DNA of 64,000 bases from Candidatus Yonathbacteria bacterium RIFCSPHIGHO2_02_FULL_44_14 (GCA_001823535.1 MHUT01000012.1:355-64354), one strand, 5' to 3'; numbered from the stretch's first letter, positions 44,636 through 55,359 are shown. Made by a program: numbers and translations. The notes: generated by a model not told the origin, from the sequence alone.

Positions 44636-44743
44636 GTTTTTGTTCCTATCTTCAATAGGTTATTGAAGATAGGAACAAAAAACTCACTAAATACTCTACC
44701 TACTTATACAGTACGATAGTACTGTATAAGTAGGTAGAGTATT
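44636..44743. terminator. two tandem long hairpins between convergent genes
   Basis: Hairpin 1 (44636-44681): TTTTTGTTCCTATCTTCAA...TTGAAGATAGGAACAAAAA. Hairpin 2 (44690-44743): AATACTCTACCTACTTATACAGTAC-gata-GTACTGTATAAGTAGGTAGAGTATT, a 25-bp perfect stem. Confidence 0.6.
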
Positions 44744-44772
44744 ACGACAAGTAAATCCATCAAACATCAAAA

Positions 44773-46149
44773 TTACGCGTTCTCAATAGGATCAATCATT
44801 GTCGTCTGTATTGTCTCTGCTTTCTTCATCACCTGACTTCCGTATGTCGCTGCCCATGATGAATTGGAACACTTTGATCCTGAGAAGTATTTGCACGCGG
44901 CATTGTACTCCCCGCTATATGAGCCAGACTTTGCGCCATTGTCTTTCAGTAAAAATCCTGCAGCCATAAACGCATCTCGCGCGCGCCACGGATCAGCCAC
45001 ATCAATGCCGAGGGTCCTCGTAATGAGCTCTTCATAAAGCGCCCATGTGGAGGGAATGAATTGCGCAGGCCCCATGGCTCCACCGTACCCTGCCTGCTGA
45101 GGGCATGATACCTGAGTAGTGTAAGGATCACGTCCGAGTATTTCCATTAAACTAAGGAACGGCCCTACATCCCTTACTGGCTTCATAACATTGGCAAAAA
45201 ATGTTCCTGTATTCTTTCCTACCCCTGCCCCTGTTGTCGCGTTCTTCAAATAACAGGATCCTTGATTCTTCCCAAAACCAGACTCCTGCATAAAAATGGC
45301 TAGGAGAAACGCTGGGCGAACGCCAGTCTTTTGAGAAACAACTTTTGCATAATCATACGCCTGACCAAACTGAATCTCCCCTGTGTCGCGAAGCGCAAAG
45401 AGCGCAGCGCGTATTGAGGCGGCTTTCGCTTTTTTTTCCTTCAGCACCTTCTGATATTCTTTTTCGAGACCTCTGGTAACTTTTAGAACGCGAGCCTTCT
45501 CAGTCTCCTTTAAAGCAAGGTCTTTTTTCTCAAGCTCTTTTTGGTAACGTAAGTCTATTTCCTTATTCTTTTTTTCTCCGAGCGTGGCTTTTGCTTCTTC
45601 TGTTGTCTTTTTTGCGACACCTACTTCAACCAATGATTTGCCTATCGCATCCCCGACATATTGAAATGCATCAAGGTCTTCAAAAAATTCAGAGAGTTGC
45701 TTTCCCGAAAGGGCTACTTCTGCTATAGAGTAAGTGTCTAGCTCGTTTGTGCGACGCATAAGCGCTGCAAGGGACTCGCGCTCGCGATCAATTTTTGCGG
45801 AATATTTAGCGATGGTGCGATTTTTTGTACCAATATCTTCCACAAGTCCTGCGATAGCAAGGTTGCGCGCCTTAATTGAGAGCTTTGCTTTTTCTATTTG
45901 TGTGTTTAAAATCGCAACATCGCGTTCGAGTGATACACCTTCACGTTGTTTGATTTGCAGTAAGTTACTTTGGGCATTTATTTCTTTTTCTACAGACGCC
46001 AACTCTGCTTCAAGTTTTGCACGACAGACACTATCGTCAGGGACACAAGATGTAGAAACTTGCGCGCTTGCACTCAAAGAAAATCCCAAAAAGAATAGGG
46101 ATGCAAGCGCGAGGATAACAAGTATTTTTCCGAGAAAACTTTTGAGCAT
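44773..46149 (-). CDS. secreted lytic transglycosylase (SLT domain) with an N-terminal coiled-coil region
   Basis: Signal peptide MLKSFLGKILVILALASLFFLG. C-terminal SLT catalytic region PAFLLAIFMQESGFGKNQGS (catalytic Glu in the ES motif) and GYGGAMGPAQF. ATG at 46149 is chosen. Confidence 0.75.
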   Translation of the reverse strand: MLKSFLGKILVILALASLFFLGFSLSASAQVSTSCVPDDSVCRAKLEAELASVEKEINAQSNLLQIKQREGVSLERDVAILNTQIEKAKLSIKARNLAIAGLVEDIGTKNRTIAKYSAKIDRERESLAALMRRTNELDTYSIAEVALSGKQLSEFFEDLDAFQYVGDAIGKSLVEVGVAKKTTEEAKATLGEKKNKEIDLRYQKELEKKDLALKETEKARVLKVTRGLEKEYQKVLKEKKAKAASIRAALFALRDTGEIQFGQAYDYAKVVSQKTGVRPAFLLAIFMQESGFGKNQGSCYLKNATTGAGVGKNTGTFFANVMKPVRDVGPFLSLMEILGRDPYTTQVSCPQQAGYGGAMGPAQFIPSTWALYEELITRTLGIDVADPWRARDAFMAAGFLLKDNGAKSGSYSGEYNAACKYFSGSKCSNSSWAATYGSQVMKKAETIQTTMIDPIENA

Positions 46150-46152
46150 AGA

Positions 46153-46222
46153 CAAAATCAGTATAGCAAAAAACTCACCGCGAACGTAGTTCGCGGTGAG
46201 TTTTTTGCTATACTGATTTTGG
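46153..46222 (-). terminator. very long perfect hairpin (32-bp arms) after rplY
   Basis: CAAAATCAGTATAGCAAAAAACTCACCGCGAA-cgtag-TTCGCGGTGAGTTTTTTGCTATACTGATTTTG. Confidence 0.65.
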
Positions 46223-46227
46223 GGAAA

Positions 46228-46866
46228 TTACTCTGTGGGCGCCTCCTCCTCTTCCTTCTTGCCCTTCTTTTCAACTTCAATTGAAGCGAGGTCTATAACA
46301 GGAGCTTCTTCAACCTCTTCTTTTGCAACTGCGATAGCAGCAACAACATCAGTTCCGTGGGTTACGAGGGTCACACCTTTTGGAGGCACGATACTTTCTG
46401 CAAGAATTTGACTATCGAGCGCGACAAGCGGTGAAATATCGATAATGAAGCTATGGGGAAGATTTTCTGGTTGACCCTTCACTTCAACTTCATGAAGCAC
46501 TTTCACCAGTGACCCGCCAAGATCTTTCACGGCGCCTGAAATACCAGTAAACTCAAGTGGAATATTCACCGAAACTTCCTGTCCTTTCTCAAGAGCGTAG
46601 AAATCGACATGAATTGGCTGACCTTTGACTGGATCCACCTGAACCTCATGAATAAGTGCCGACACCTTTCCTTTTGGCATTTCAAGAGTTACCACAGCTG
46701 ATTCACCTACAGCTTTCCATACCTTCTTGAATTCGTTTAGAGCAAAGACACATGGAGTTGCCGCCTCTTTGTGTCCATAATAAACACCGGGAACAAAACC
46801 CTGTGCGCGAAGCGCAGCAAGTTTTGACTTTGGGTCCCTTGTTTCTCCTTTTAGAATGATGTTCAT
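46228..46866 (-). CDS. rplY: 50S ribosomal protein L25 (Ctc / general stress protein form)
   Basis: N-terminal L25 beta-barrel (LKAxxRxxxGKGxxRxLRxxGxVPAVxYG pattern: KLAALRAQGFVPGVYYG), a Ctc-type C-terminal domain and an acidic tail. Confidence 0.85.
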   Translation of the reverse strand: MNIILKGETRDPKSKLAALRAQGFVPGVYYGHKEAATPCVFALNEFKKVWKAVGESAVVTLEMPKGKVSALIHEVQVDPVKGQPIHVDFYALEKGQEVSVNIPLEFTGISGAVKDLGGSLVKVLHEVEVKGQPENLPHSFIIDISPLVALDSQILAESIVPPKGVTLVTHGTDVVAAIAVAKEEVEEAPVIDLASIEVEKKGKKEEEEAPTE

Positions 46867-46956
46867 ATCGGGTTAGTATACGGATTTCAGGAGAAAATGC
46901 AAGACTTATACAGGAATTGCCTATAGATTTAGAAAGTGTGGTGTAATATTAGAATT

Positions 46957-47832
46957 TTACATTCCAGAAAAGAGGCGGAGACGCGCCTCAATAACCTTTT
47001 GCATTGCCTCAGTTGGTTCTTTCATTACTTTATATGGAGCGACCTCGTCTGGGTGTAGAGCGAGATATGAGGCGAGGGACTTCACGAATGCAACACGGAT
47101 TTCGGTGTTAATATGAACAAGGCTAATGCCCGCTTTAATGGCTTCTCGGAAATCCTCATCTGAAGTTCCTGACCCTCCGTGGAGCACGAGCGGTACGCCC
47201 GCTGCAGCGCGGACTTTGCGAATGCGCTCAATGTCCAAGCGTGGCTCAGGCGCATTCCTAAGCATGCCGTGCATGTTCCCTACCGCGGGCGCGAACAAAT
47301 CCACACCAGTCTCTTTTACAAAACGCTCTGCTTGCTCGGGTGAAGTAAGTGTTGAGTCGTCAAACTTCACACCCTCGGGGATTGCGTCAAGCACCTTTGA
47401 CGAAGTGCCAATGTAGCCAACCTCTGCCTCCACGAGCACATCTCTCACCGCAGAACGCGCGTAATCCACACATTCTTTTGTCTTCGCAATGTTCTCGTCG
47501 AGAGAAAGTTTTGCACCGTCAAAAATCACCGCGTCGAAACCCGCATCAATCGCTTCTTTTACGCGCTCAACCGAATACGTATGATCGGCATTTATAAAAA
47601 TCGGATATTGATATTCCTCGCGAATACTTTTTACAAGGGCGACTGCTTGTTTAACACCAACGAAGTCACGCTCGCCTTCTGAAAGCCCGACAATTACAGG
47701 CACATTGAGTGACTTTGCTGCGCGGAAGATCGCCCACAAACCCTCAAGGTTTGAAATATTAAAGTGCCCGACAGCGATATGTTTTGACTCTGCGTCGGCA
47801 ATAACTTCACGTAATGTTGGAATAGTGCTCAT
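46957..47832 (-). CDS. fba: class II fructose-bisphosphate aldolase
   Basis: AVGHFN, the INADHTYS zinc-binding motif, and LVLHGGSG near the C-terminus. Confidence 0.9.
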   Translation of the reverse strand: MSTIPTLREVIADAESKHIAVGHFNISNLEGLWAIFRAAKSLNVPVIVGLSEGERDFVGVKQAVALVKSIREEYQYPIFINADHTYSVERVKEAIDAGFDAVIFDGAKLSLDENIAKTKECVDYARSAVRDVLVEAEVGYIGTSSKVLDAIPEGVKFDDSTLTSPEQAERFVKETGVDLFAPAVGNMHGMLRNAPEPRLDIERIRKVRAAAGVPLVLHGGSGTSDEDFREAIKAGISLVHINTEIRVAFVKSLASYLALHPDEVAPYKVMKEPTEAMQKVIEARLRLFSGM

Positions 47833-47885
47833 GGTAATTTATTTTAGTAGTTAATATTATTTACTTTATGCGTGTACGGCGACTT

Positions 47886-49778
47886 CTAAATACTAGCATC
47901 TTTTACAATCAGGAATTCTTTAATTTTTGTAGCGTAGCGAGCATGAAGATACCCCACAATAAGTAGGACAACGCCAAGGAATATCATTGCGCTAATTCGA
48001 TATAGTCCTCCAAGTGACCACATGTCAACGAAGAACGTTTTAAATATAACGACAACGAATAGCACAATTGAGCCCACGCGGAGGCTAGCAGACCGCGCAT
48101 AAATACCGCCAACGAGAACCACTAGTGCATAAACTGCAAGATATACAGTGGTAAGGACCCCAGCAGTCTGAGTGTTTATAGTTGCTCTGCGAGCTAGGTC
48201 AGATATCTCTTGTGGACCCCAAATAGCAACTAGAACACCTCCAATTATTGCAAAAGTAGGTGCCCACGAGGTCGTAGTAAGCCCGAGAGACTGGTAGTAC
48301 ATTCGTATAGAATAAGCGCACACAAAGAATGAGCCTGCTGCGACAAAGTAAAGCACCGTACGATCATTAAACAAGAACTGTGCTTGATTGATCAGGCCTG
48401 ACATTACACCAAGGAAGTTTGCTGATGCCCAAGCTATCAATGGAATAATGAAATAGAATATATTTGAACGCAGATACGCACCCATCCATGCAACCACAGA
48501 TGCTTCCACAAACCATGAGGCAACTATCCATGTTTTACTATCGAATATAATTGGAAACACTAAAGACAACGAAAGAACTGCGAGCCCTGCTGGGATAATA
48601 AAAAGAGCTTTGTTTTCAGAACGAACAGTAGATCCAACCCAAGCGATTATAATATATACAATCGCAAGTATAAGCGGCACAAATCCTACGAGCTTCCCAT
48701 ATAATGGGTGCAACATGAAGTAACTTGCCCCGAGGTAACTGAGTGCATTAAAAACCATAAGCATGGCCTCTCCACCAGTAAATCTTTCTGCGCGAGTAGA
48801 CGAATAGTAGAACAATAATGTTGCAACGAGGAAGATTGCCCAGAAAATAGTGACGTATACTTCCGTGTTCCACAAAATATTTGCGTTGTAGACAAATGCG
48901 AACCACCACTGAAGATAAAGAAATGTACCGACGAAGCTTCCCAACATAATAGCCGACCATTTGCGATAATATGCGAGCCCAATAAGACCGAGGTCAAGAA
49001 CTAATACGTAGTTGAGTAGAAGATATGTGTCGGTATTTTGCATACCAAGTAGAAGTGGTGTAATAAAACCACCGAGCACACTGACTCCTGCAACCCATAT
49101 TTTGTCGTAGCGAACAGCCATGGCGACAGCGATACATGTTGTTATAATAAGAAGCAAAAGTCCTGTCTTTTGAGAAATTACGCCGTATATTCCGTACGCT
49201 CCATAGAAGGAAAGGTATAAAATACCCAATCCACCCCCAGTCAAAAATGATGCGTAGGATGCATACTTTTTATACAGAAAATCTCCAGCAAGAATGAACG
49301 CGAGCCCAAACACAGCTCCGAGGATAACGCGTCCCGCCTCATTGATAAGATTATTATCGAATGAGTATTTAATAAAAAATCCAACACCAAAAATAATAGC
49401 TAGCACACCTACAAGTGTGAGCCATTTGCCTCCTGCAGTAAAATCATGTTCCGCTTGGTCAACAGCAGCTGACCCCACTGACGCAGGCGATGGAGTTGAA
49501 GACAATTGTCCAGGCACACTAGCATACAGAGCATTCGAAATATTTTCGTATGCAGAGGCTGGCTTTACTGGAGCTGGGGCTTTGCTACTTGTTATTGAAC
49601 CCACAACGACAGTAAAGTCATCTTTAGTGATTACTCCTTTCTGGTCAATGATACGTGCAAGCGCTGAAATTTTACTAGACTCACTATTGCCAAAAATAGC
49701 CTTAACTCCTTTCACTAGCACATAAATCAGAGCCCCCCAGAATGCGACACTAAACAAAATACCCAAAAGAATACCCAT
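47886..49778 (-). CDS. large polytopic membrane protein (DUF2339-like)
   Basis: 630 aa, about 18 predicted TM helices with Gly/Tyr-rich repeats; no catalytic motif seen. Confidence 0.65.
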   Translation of the reverse strand: MGILLGILFSVAFWGALIYVLVKGVKAIFGNSESSKISALARIIDQKGVITKDDFTVVVGSITSSKAPAPVKPASAYENISNALYASVPGQLSSTPSPASVGSAAVDQAEHDFTAGGKWLTLVGVLAIIFGVGFFIKYSFDNNLINEAGRVILGAVFGLAFILAGDFLYKKYASYASFLTGGGLGILYLSFYGAYGIYGVISQKTGLLLLIITTCIAVAMAVRYDKIWVAGVSVLGGFITPLLLGMQNTDTYLLLNYVLVLDLGLIGLAYYRKWSAIMLGSFVGTFLYLQWWFAFVYNANILWNTEVYVTIFWAIFLVATLLFYYSSTRAERFTGGEAMLMVFNALSYLGASYFMLHPLYGKLVGFVPLILAIVYIIIAWVGSTVRSENKALFIIPAGLAVLSLSLVFPIIFDSKTWIVASWFVEASVVAWMGAYLRSNIFYFIIPLIAWASANFLGVMSGLINQAQFLFNDRTVLYFVAAGSFFVCAYSIRMYYQSLGLTTTSWAPTFAIIGGVLVAIWGPQEISDLARRATINTQTAGVLTTVYLAVYALVVLVGGIYARSASLRVGSIVLFVVVIFKTFFVDMWSLGGLYRISAMIFLGVVLLIVGYLHARYATKIKEFLIVKDASI

Positions 49779-49879
49779 GAAAATATATTTATTAATTTAC
49801 TGCTTATAATGTACATTCTACCATAAATACCCGCCAATATGGTATACTCTCCTTATTAATCAAAGTAAGTAGACACATT

Positions 49880-50884
49880 ATGGAACAACTAGATTTTGTA
49901 GGAATAGGTGACACAGTCGTCGATGCTTTTATTCGCCTAAGAGAGGACCAGGCACATACCACAAACTGCAAAATTGACTCTGATGCGGCTGAAATCTGTA
50001 TGCCGTTCGGTGCAAAAATCCCATATGATTTTGTAAATGTGATTTATGCGGTTGGCAATAGTGCAAACGCTGCAGTCTCGGCATCACGCCTCGGTCTCAA
50101 GAGTGCTCTTATCACAAATCTCGGAAACGACGAGGATGGCGCAAAATGTCTCGCGGCTCTGAACAAGGAGGGAGTTAGCACTCAGTATATAAAACAGTAC
50201 GACAATCTCAAAACCAACTACCACTATGTGCTTTGGTATAGAGACGAACGAACGATTCTCATCAAGCATGAAGATTTCCCATACACACTCCCGCTCGGCG
50301 AGGTCGGACCACGATGGTTATACCTTTCGTCACTCAACGAAAAATCACTCGACTATCACCATGAAATTGCGCGGTACCTGGCCGCCCACCCTGAAACCAA
50401 GCTAGCTTTCCAGCCGGGAACATTTCAAATTAAGCTTGGGTCCGAGGCCCTGAAAGACTTGTACGCTCACACAGAAGTATTCTTTTGCAACGTTGAGGAA
50501 GCGCGCCTCATTTTAAAAACTGACGAAGCTGAGCCGAAAAACCTCGCGCACATGATGACTACCCTTGGACCAAAGATTTCTGTTATCACTGACGGACCAA
50601 GAGGCGCGTATGTGTTTGATGGTGCCGATGTGTGGTTTATGCCTGTGTATCCGGACCCAGCTCCTCCATACGACCGCACTGGAGCTGGTGACTCGTTTGC
50701 TTCCACGTTTATTGCAGCCCTTGCTCTTGGTAAAGAACCAAGCGAGGCAATAACTTGGGCTCCCATCAACTCGATGTCCGTTGTACAAAAAGTCGGCGCC
50801 CAAGAAGGGCTTCTTTCTCGCGAGGCGCTAGAAAATTTTCTTTCTAATGCGCCAGAAAATTACAAAGCAGTAAAACTTGATTAG
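49880..50884 (+). CDS. PfkB-family carbohydrate kinase (ribokinase-like)
   Basis: N-terminal GIGDTVVD and the C-terminal DRTGAGDSF (DTxGAGD) anion-hole motif. Confidence 0.8.
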   Translation: MEQLDFVGIGDTVVDAFIRLREDQAHTTNCKIDSDAAEICMPFGAKIPYDFVNVIYAVGNSANAAVSASRLGLKSALITNLGNDEDGAKCLAALNKEGVSTQYIKQYDNLKTNYHYVLWYRDERTILIKHEDFPYTLPLGEVGPRWLYLSSLNEKSLDYHHEIARYLAAHPETKLAFQPGTFQIKLGSEALKDLYAHTEVFFCNVEEARLILKTDEAEPKNLAHMMTTLGPKISVITDGPRGAYVFDGADVWFMPVYPDPAPPYDRTGAGDSFASTFIAALALGKEPSEAITWAPINSMSVVQKVGAQEGLLSREALENFLSNAPENYKAVKLD

Positions 50885-50885
50885 T

Positions 50886-50945
50886 ATAAAAAATCGCGCA
50901 AAAAAATACCGGCGTGTGTCGGTATTTTTTTGCGCGATTTTTTAT
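50886..50945. terminator. long bidirectional hairpin terminator
   Basis: ATAAAAAATCGCGCAAAAAAATACCG...CGGTATTTTTTTGCGCGATTTTTTAT (26-bp arms). Confidence 0.7.
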
Positions 50946-50956
50946 TTGTAATTCCC

Positions 50957-53665
50957 CTAAAACTGCTGGTACTTCGCCTTGCAATCCTTTGGGCAAGTAA
51001 GGATTGTCTCCCCTGTGTCGCATGTGTTGTTACCGCAGGAGGTAGATTTTGGAGCGTTACAGGAAACAATGGCTCCCCCATTGAGTCCAGTACAATCCCA
51101 GTTCCAAGGGCCGGGACCGGTGACAGAAGAAGCAGTACCAATAGAGCATAGGTTTGTGGTTGGCTTTGTAGGTGTCGGAGTGCCGTTTGCTGTTCCACAG
51201 GAGCCAGAAATGACGTTTGTAAATGCGCTGCAGGTAGTGTTCGTGCCACCATTTACACCATTACAGCTCCATGACCATGGGCCAGTTGCGGCACCTAGTA
51301 CCGCGGTTGCAGTTCCAGCGGAGCAGAGGTTGGTGGTGGGAGCAGTAGAGAAGGTGTTGAGATTAGAGGAGCCACAGGTTCCGTTTATGGCGGCAGCGCT
51401 CGTCGTGAACATCCCGTCCGCTGAATATCCGGTGCCAGTGGTGTTTGTCGCGTAGCCACGATAGTAGTAGGTGGTGCCTGCAATCATGCCTGTTCTCGCT
51501 TGTGTGAAAATACCTGTTGTTACCCCTCCTTGAGCAACACAGTTTGTTGTCGGAGCTGGTGTTGTGCCAAAACACGTACCGCGGGCGGAGATTGATGCGG
51601 GTATTCCGAGCGAGGTTACGTTCGCTCCAAGCGTTGCCCCTGTTGCAGTAATAGAGGAGATTGTGGGGGTGGAAATGGTGGGAGCGGTGTTGGCGGGAGA
51701 AACAGCGACGGTGGTCCATGATGCACTGCAGTTGTTATTTTCATCTGATTCAGCAATGACACCACCACCAGCCGATGAAGTTTTGTCAGTGCAGGCACGG
51801 ACAGAATATGTTCCTGATGTGGTGAATGTGTATAAAGGCGAGGATGCAGGAAGGCTTGCTGAAATACCAAGTGCGGCCATTCCTACTGGAGCAAGGTCCG
51901 TTATTGTGCCACCGCCGTTTATTGCGGTAGCTACTTGAAAGAAGTTGGAGAAGTCTGCACCAGTAGACCCAGTTCCCGTGTTACTTATGGTTGCAGAGAA
52001 AGTGCCTGGGGTTCCTGCGGTTGGAGTGACGGGAGTGACCGCGCCCGCGATGAGGTCGGAGTCGGAAGGAGGTGTTACGGTAATCACGCGCGATTCACAA
52101 GTGGACCATGCGTTATTCGAATCTTTCACGCGGAAGTAGATAGTACGACCGGCACTGACGGATGGCGTGGCGAGATTGAAGAATGAGGCGGTCGAAAGGA
52201 GCGTCCCGGTACTGCAGTTTCCTTCACGCCATTCGTAGGCGGTGATGGAGTTGCCGCCAGTGCTGACTTTGGTCGTCGTGTTGTCACTAGCATTTGCTGT
52301 CCACATATTAGTTCCATCAAAGGCGATGTGATTTGGATTAGCCCCCGTTCCTGGGTAGGTTGTCATTACTCCTGCCGGAGAGATTCTGGTAACGCTATTA
52401 TTTCCCCAATTTGCTGTCCACATGTTCGTGCCATCAAAGGCAATACCTGTGGGTTTGGAGCCTGTTCCTAGGTACGTGGTCATCACTCCTGCGGGAGAAA
52501 TCTTTGTAACACTGTTGTTATTATAATTTGCTGTCCACATGTTAGTTCCATCAAAGGCAATACCGTATGGACCTGCTCCTGTTCCTGGATACGTGGTCAT
52601 CACTCCTGTGGGAGAGACCTTGGTGACGCTGTTGCCTCCCCAGCTCGTTGTCCACATGTTGGTTCCATCAAAAGCGATGCCCTCCGAAAGAAACCCTAGC
52701 CCATAATACGTGGTCATCACTCCTGTGGGAGAGATTTTTGTGACACTACTAGGACCATAGTCATTTAACCAATAATCATACCCATCATTTACGGTCCACA
52801 TATTAGCACCGTCGAAGGCAATCCCCCACGGGCCAGCCCCTGTTCCTGGATAATCAGTCATCACTCCTGATGGAGAAACTTTTGTAACGTTATCATTAAC
52901 ATAACCTGCTACCCACATATTGGTTCCATCAAAAGCAATACCGACAGGCAAGGCACCATTTGTTGTTGATAAATAGGGGGTTGTTGCTCCAGTTGGAGAA
53001 ATTTTGGCTACTCTGAAAGCATTGATATTCGAGCTTACCCACATATTGGTGCCATCAAAGGCGATCCCTGAGGGGTAAATTACTCCACCCACATTATAAG
53101 TTGTCATAACTCCGGCAGGTATTCCTCCACTAGCCACCCCCGTCCCGGAAAATACAACTGCCGTTCCTTGGGCGACCGATACGTTGTTGGTCGGGGTAAT
53201 AATCGAAGCAGTGGGGGCCGGAGCAGCAACCGTATAAGGCAAGAGTACTCCAGGTCCGCCCGTAATAGACTCAACGATTCCTTTTAAGGTGATATTATAC
53301 GACCCAGGTGTCAAAGGGGCGGTTGGTGACGTTAAGCAAAAACATGTCGTGAAGTCCCATACCAGGTCAGAGTACACAGTGGTGACAATTTGCCCACCCC
53401 AGAGACCAGCCATTGCAATATTAAAAAGTTTTCCTTCAACAATCGCATTTATACTAGGAAAATCATATAAAGAGACTGGGTAAATAGCAGTTATTGATCT
53501 ATTGAAATAGATATTCTCTCCAGGTGCATAAGTATCTTTATTTATACTAACACTATAATTAGCTTCGTTAATCTCAGTCCACGATATTGAACTCGCAAAT
53601 AAAGTACTCGGCACGAGTAGAACCAAAACGATAACTACAAAATTTGCGCGAATTAATTTGGTCAT
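50957..53665 (-). CDS. secreted beta-propeller repeat protein (NHL/Vgb-lyase-like blades) with C-terminal tandem Cys-rich modules
   Basis: Signal peptide. About eight ~40-aa repeats GIAFDGTNMW(T/V)AN..NNSVTKISP.GVMTTY.GTG..P. Two C-terminal repeats of a ~50-aa module with 4-6 Cys (...CS.GTA...GPW.W.C.G.NGG...C...). Confidence 0.8.
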   Translation of the reverse strand: MTKLIRANFVVIVLVLLVPSTLFASSISWTEINEANYSVSINKDTYAPGENIYFNRSITAIYPVSLYDFPSINAIVEGKLFNIAMAGLWGGQIVTTVYSDLVWDFTTCFCLTSPTAPLTPGSYNITLKGIVESITGGPGVLLPYTVAAPAPTASIITPTNNVSVAQGTAVVFSGTGVASGGIPAGVMTTYNVGGVIYPSGIAFDGTNMWVSSNINAFRVAKISPTGATTPYLSTTNGALPVGIAFDGTNMWVAGYVNDNVTKVSPSGVMTDYPGTGAGPWGIAFDGANMWTVNDGYDYWLNDYGPSSVTKISPTGVMTTYYGLGFLSEGIAFDGTNMWTTSWGGNSVTKVSPTGVMTTYPGTGAGPYGIAFDGTNMWTANYNNNSVTKISPAGVMTTYLGTGSKPTGIAFDGTNMWTANWGNNSVTRISPAGVMTTYPGTGANPNHIAFDGTNMWTANASDNTTTKVSTGGNSITAYEWREGNCSTGTLLSTASFFNLATPSVSAGRTIYFRVKDSNNAWSTCESRVITVTPPSDSDLIAGAVTPVTPTAGTPGTFSATISNTGTGSTGADFSNFFQVATAINGGGTITDLAPVGMAALGISASLPASSPLYTFTTSGTYSVRACTDKTSSAGGGVIAESDENNNCSASWTTVAVSPANTAPTISTPTISSITATGATLGANVTSLGIPASISARGTCFGTTPAPTTNCVAQGGVTTGIFTQARTGMIAGTTYYYRGYATNTTGTGYSADGMFTTSAAAINGTCGSSNLNTFSTAPTTNLCSAGTATAVLGAATGPWSWSCNGVNGGTNTTCSAFTNVISGSCGTANGTPTPTKPTTNLCSIGTASSVTGPGPWNWDCTGLNGGAIVSCNAPKSTSCGNNTCDTGETILTCPKDCKAKYQQF

Positions 53666-53949
53666 TTTTTAGTTTGCACTATAAAGAAATTGTGGCAGGC
53701 AAACTGGTATCGTGGGTCCGTAATGGTTGCGCATTCAGACTTCTTGCCTTTAGTAATAGTCTCCTGAAGCTGTTTTTGTAAAGCAAGCTCGTCAACAGCA
53801 GGAAGCGGCGGCATTTTTTCAAAATCTTTCGGTGTTAATTCTACGACTGGTGCTACTTGCTTACCTTTTTGTATATAAGTAGCAAATGTGACAACCCCTG
53901 CGATAATAAGAATGCTGATTAAGGTGATGAAGATTTTTTTGCTATTCAT
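53662..53949 (-). CDS. small membrane-anchored hypothetical protein (95 aa)
   Basis: N-terminal TM; 4-bp overlap (ATGA) with the downstream propeller gene suggests co-translation. Confidence 0.45.
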   Translation of the reverse strand: MNSKKIFITLISILIIAGVVTFATYIQKGKQVAPVVELTPKDFEKMPPLPAVDELALQKQLQETITKGKKSECATITDPRYQFACHNFFIVQTKK

Positions 53950-53992
53950 TATTACATTCTACCATTCTACTCCTAAAAAGGAAATCGGTTAA

Positions 53993-55348
53993 TTACTTCG
54001 TAACAGGAAATGAAATGATAAAGTCTGATCCTTTGCCCTTGATGGATTCCACATGAATCTCGCCACCCATATTTGAAACGACTTGATGAGCAATCCAAAG
54101 ACCGAGTCCAGTTCCGCGAATATCTTCTGTTTCCTTCGATTGCACGCGGAAAAACTTTCCGAAGAGTTTTTGCTGATCCTCTGCGGAGATTCCAATACCC
54201 GTGTCTCGAACGCGAATAAACACCATGCCATGTGACACCTCGGTAAATACTCTTACAGAACCTGTTGGCGTATACTTGATCGAGTTTCCAATAATATTCA
54301 CGAGTACTTGACGCAATTTTTCAGGATCGACAAAAATGTTGGGAACATCATTTTTTTCACAAGAAATGTCTAAGCCTTTTTGACGTGCGACCACAGAGAA
54401 CGACTCGACCACATTCTCAATGATAGGCGAAATATCCGTATTCTTCCGATTGAAAGTCATCTTTCCTTGCCCAAGGCGCACTACATCAAGTATGTCACCA
54501 ATAAGCGCATTCAATTGGTCAATAGAAGCAGTAATGCGGGATACATCTTTTTTTTCTTCATCTTTTAAATTCTTCGATTCGGCAAGCATATCGGCATGCC
54601 CCTTCACTATGGTTAGTGGCGTGCGAAGCTCGTGTGCCGCCATGGCAATAAAATCATCCTTCATTTGATCGACCTCCTTGAGTTTTCGATACAACACTGT
54701 GTAATCGATAATTTTTGCTTGACGCATAAGAAGGAACGAAATGGCAAGTACGATGAAAAAGAGATAGGTGTATGCGCTTTCAATATTTCTCTTGGCAACG
54801 TTATCTATTGTTGCCATAGAAACATCAATAAGCACAACGCCAGAAACCACCCCCGTGTCTACGCTGGGAATTGCACGCACGACTTTCCAGTGGCGTGCGC
54901 CATCAAGCCCTGAAACAGGAAATATTTTTGAACTATCAACACGAGCACCAGCCTCACGATAAAAAAACGCATTATCCTCATCAGCAGTTCCAATTTCATC
55001 CTTAGTAAGGGAGGCTATAATTTTTTGTTTCCCATTCTCAAAAACAACGATCTTAAATTCGCTGATAGATTCTTTGTTCTGGTCTCCCAGCCGTTCAATA
55101 ACACTTTGCAGGAATACCGGGTCATTTATTTTGAGAGCTGCAAGTTCCACAAAAATATCCTGTAGCACCCCTACACGCTCTTTCTCGAGTCTTTCCTGAT
55201 TCTCCTTTGCAACAGACAAGAAATTTTGCCCGCTTACGATAAACGCGGCAGGGATGATCACAATCAAAAAAATCGTGTAGATAATCTGGGGATTATTTTT
55301 TACAAACAGAAATCCATTTGAAAAAGTGTCGACGAGGCGTTTGAACAT
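53993..55348 (-). CDS. sensor histidine kinase
   Basis: Two TMs flank a periplasmic domain; HisKA H-box AMAAHELRTPLT; HATPase_c N/G1/G2 boxes (IIGNSIKYT, DTGIGI, GTGLGL). Confidence 0.85.
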   Translation of the reverse strand: MFKRLVDTFSNGFLFVKNNPQIIYTIFLIVIIPAAFIVSGQNFLSVAKENQERLEKERVGVLQDIFVELAALKINDPVFLQSVIERLGDQNKESISEFKIVVFENGKQKIIASLTKDEIGTADEDNAFFYREAGARVDSSKIFPVSGLDGARHWKVVRAIPSVDTGVVSGVVLIDVSMATIDNVAKRNIESAYTYLFFIVLAISFLLMRQAKIIDYTVLYRKLKEVDQMKDDFIAMAAHELRTPLTIVKGHADMLAESKNLKDEEKKDVSRITASIDQLNALIGDILDVVRLGQGKMTFNRKNTDISPIIENVVESFSVVARQKGLDISCEKNDVPNIFVDPEKLRQVLVNIIGNSIKYTPTGSVRVFTEVSHGMVFIRVRDTGIGISAEDQQKLFGKFFRVQSKETEDIRGTGLGLWIAHQVVSNMGGEIHVESIKGKGSDFIISFPVTK

Positions 55349-55359
55349 TTTTATTACTA

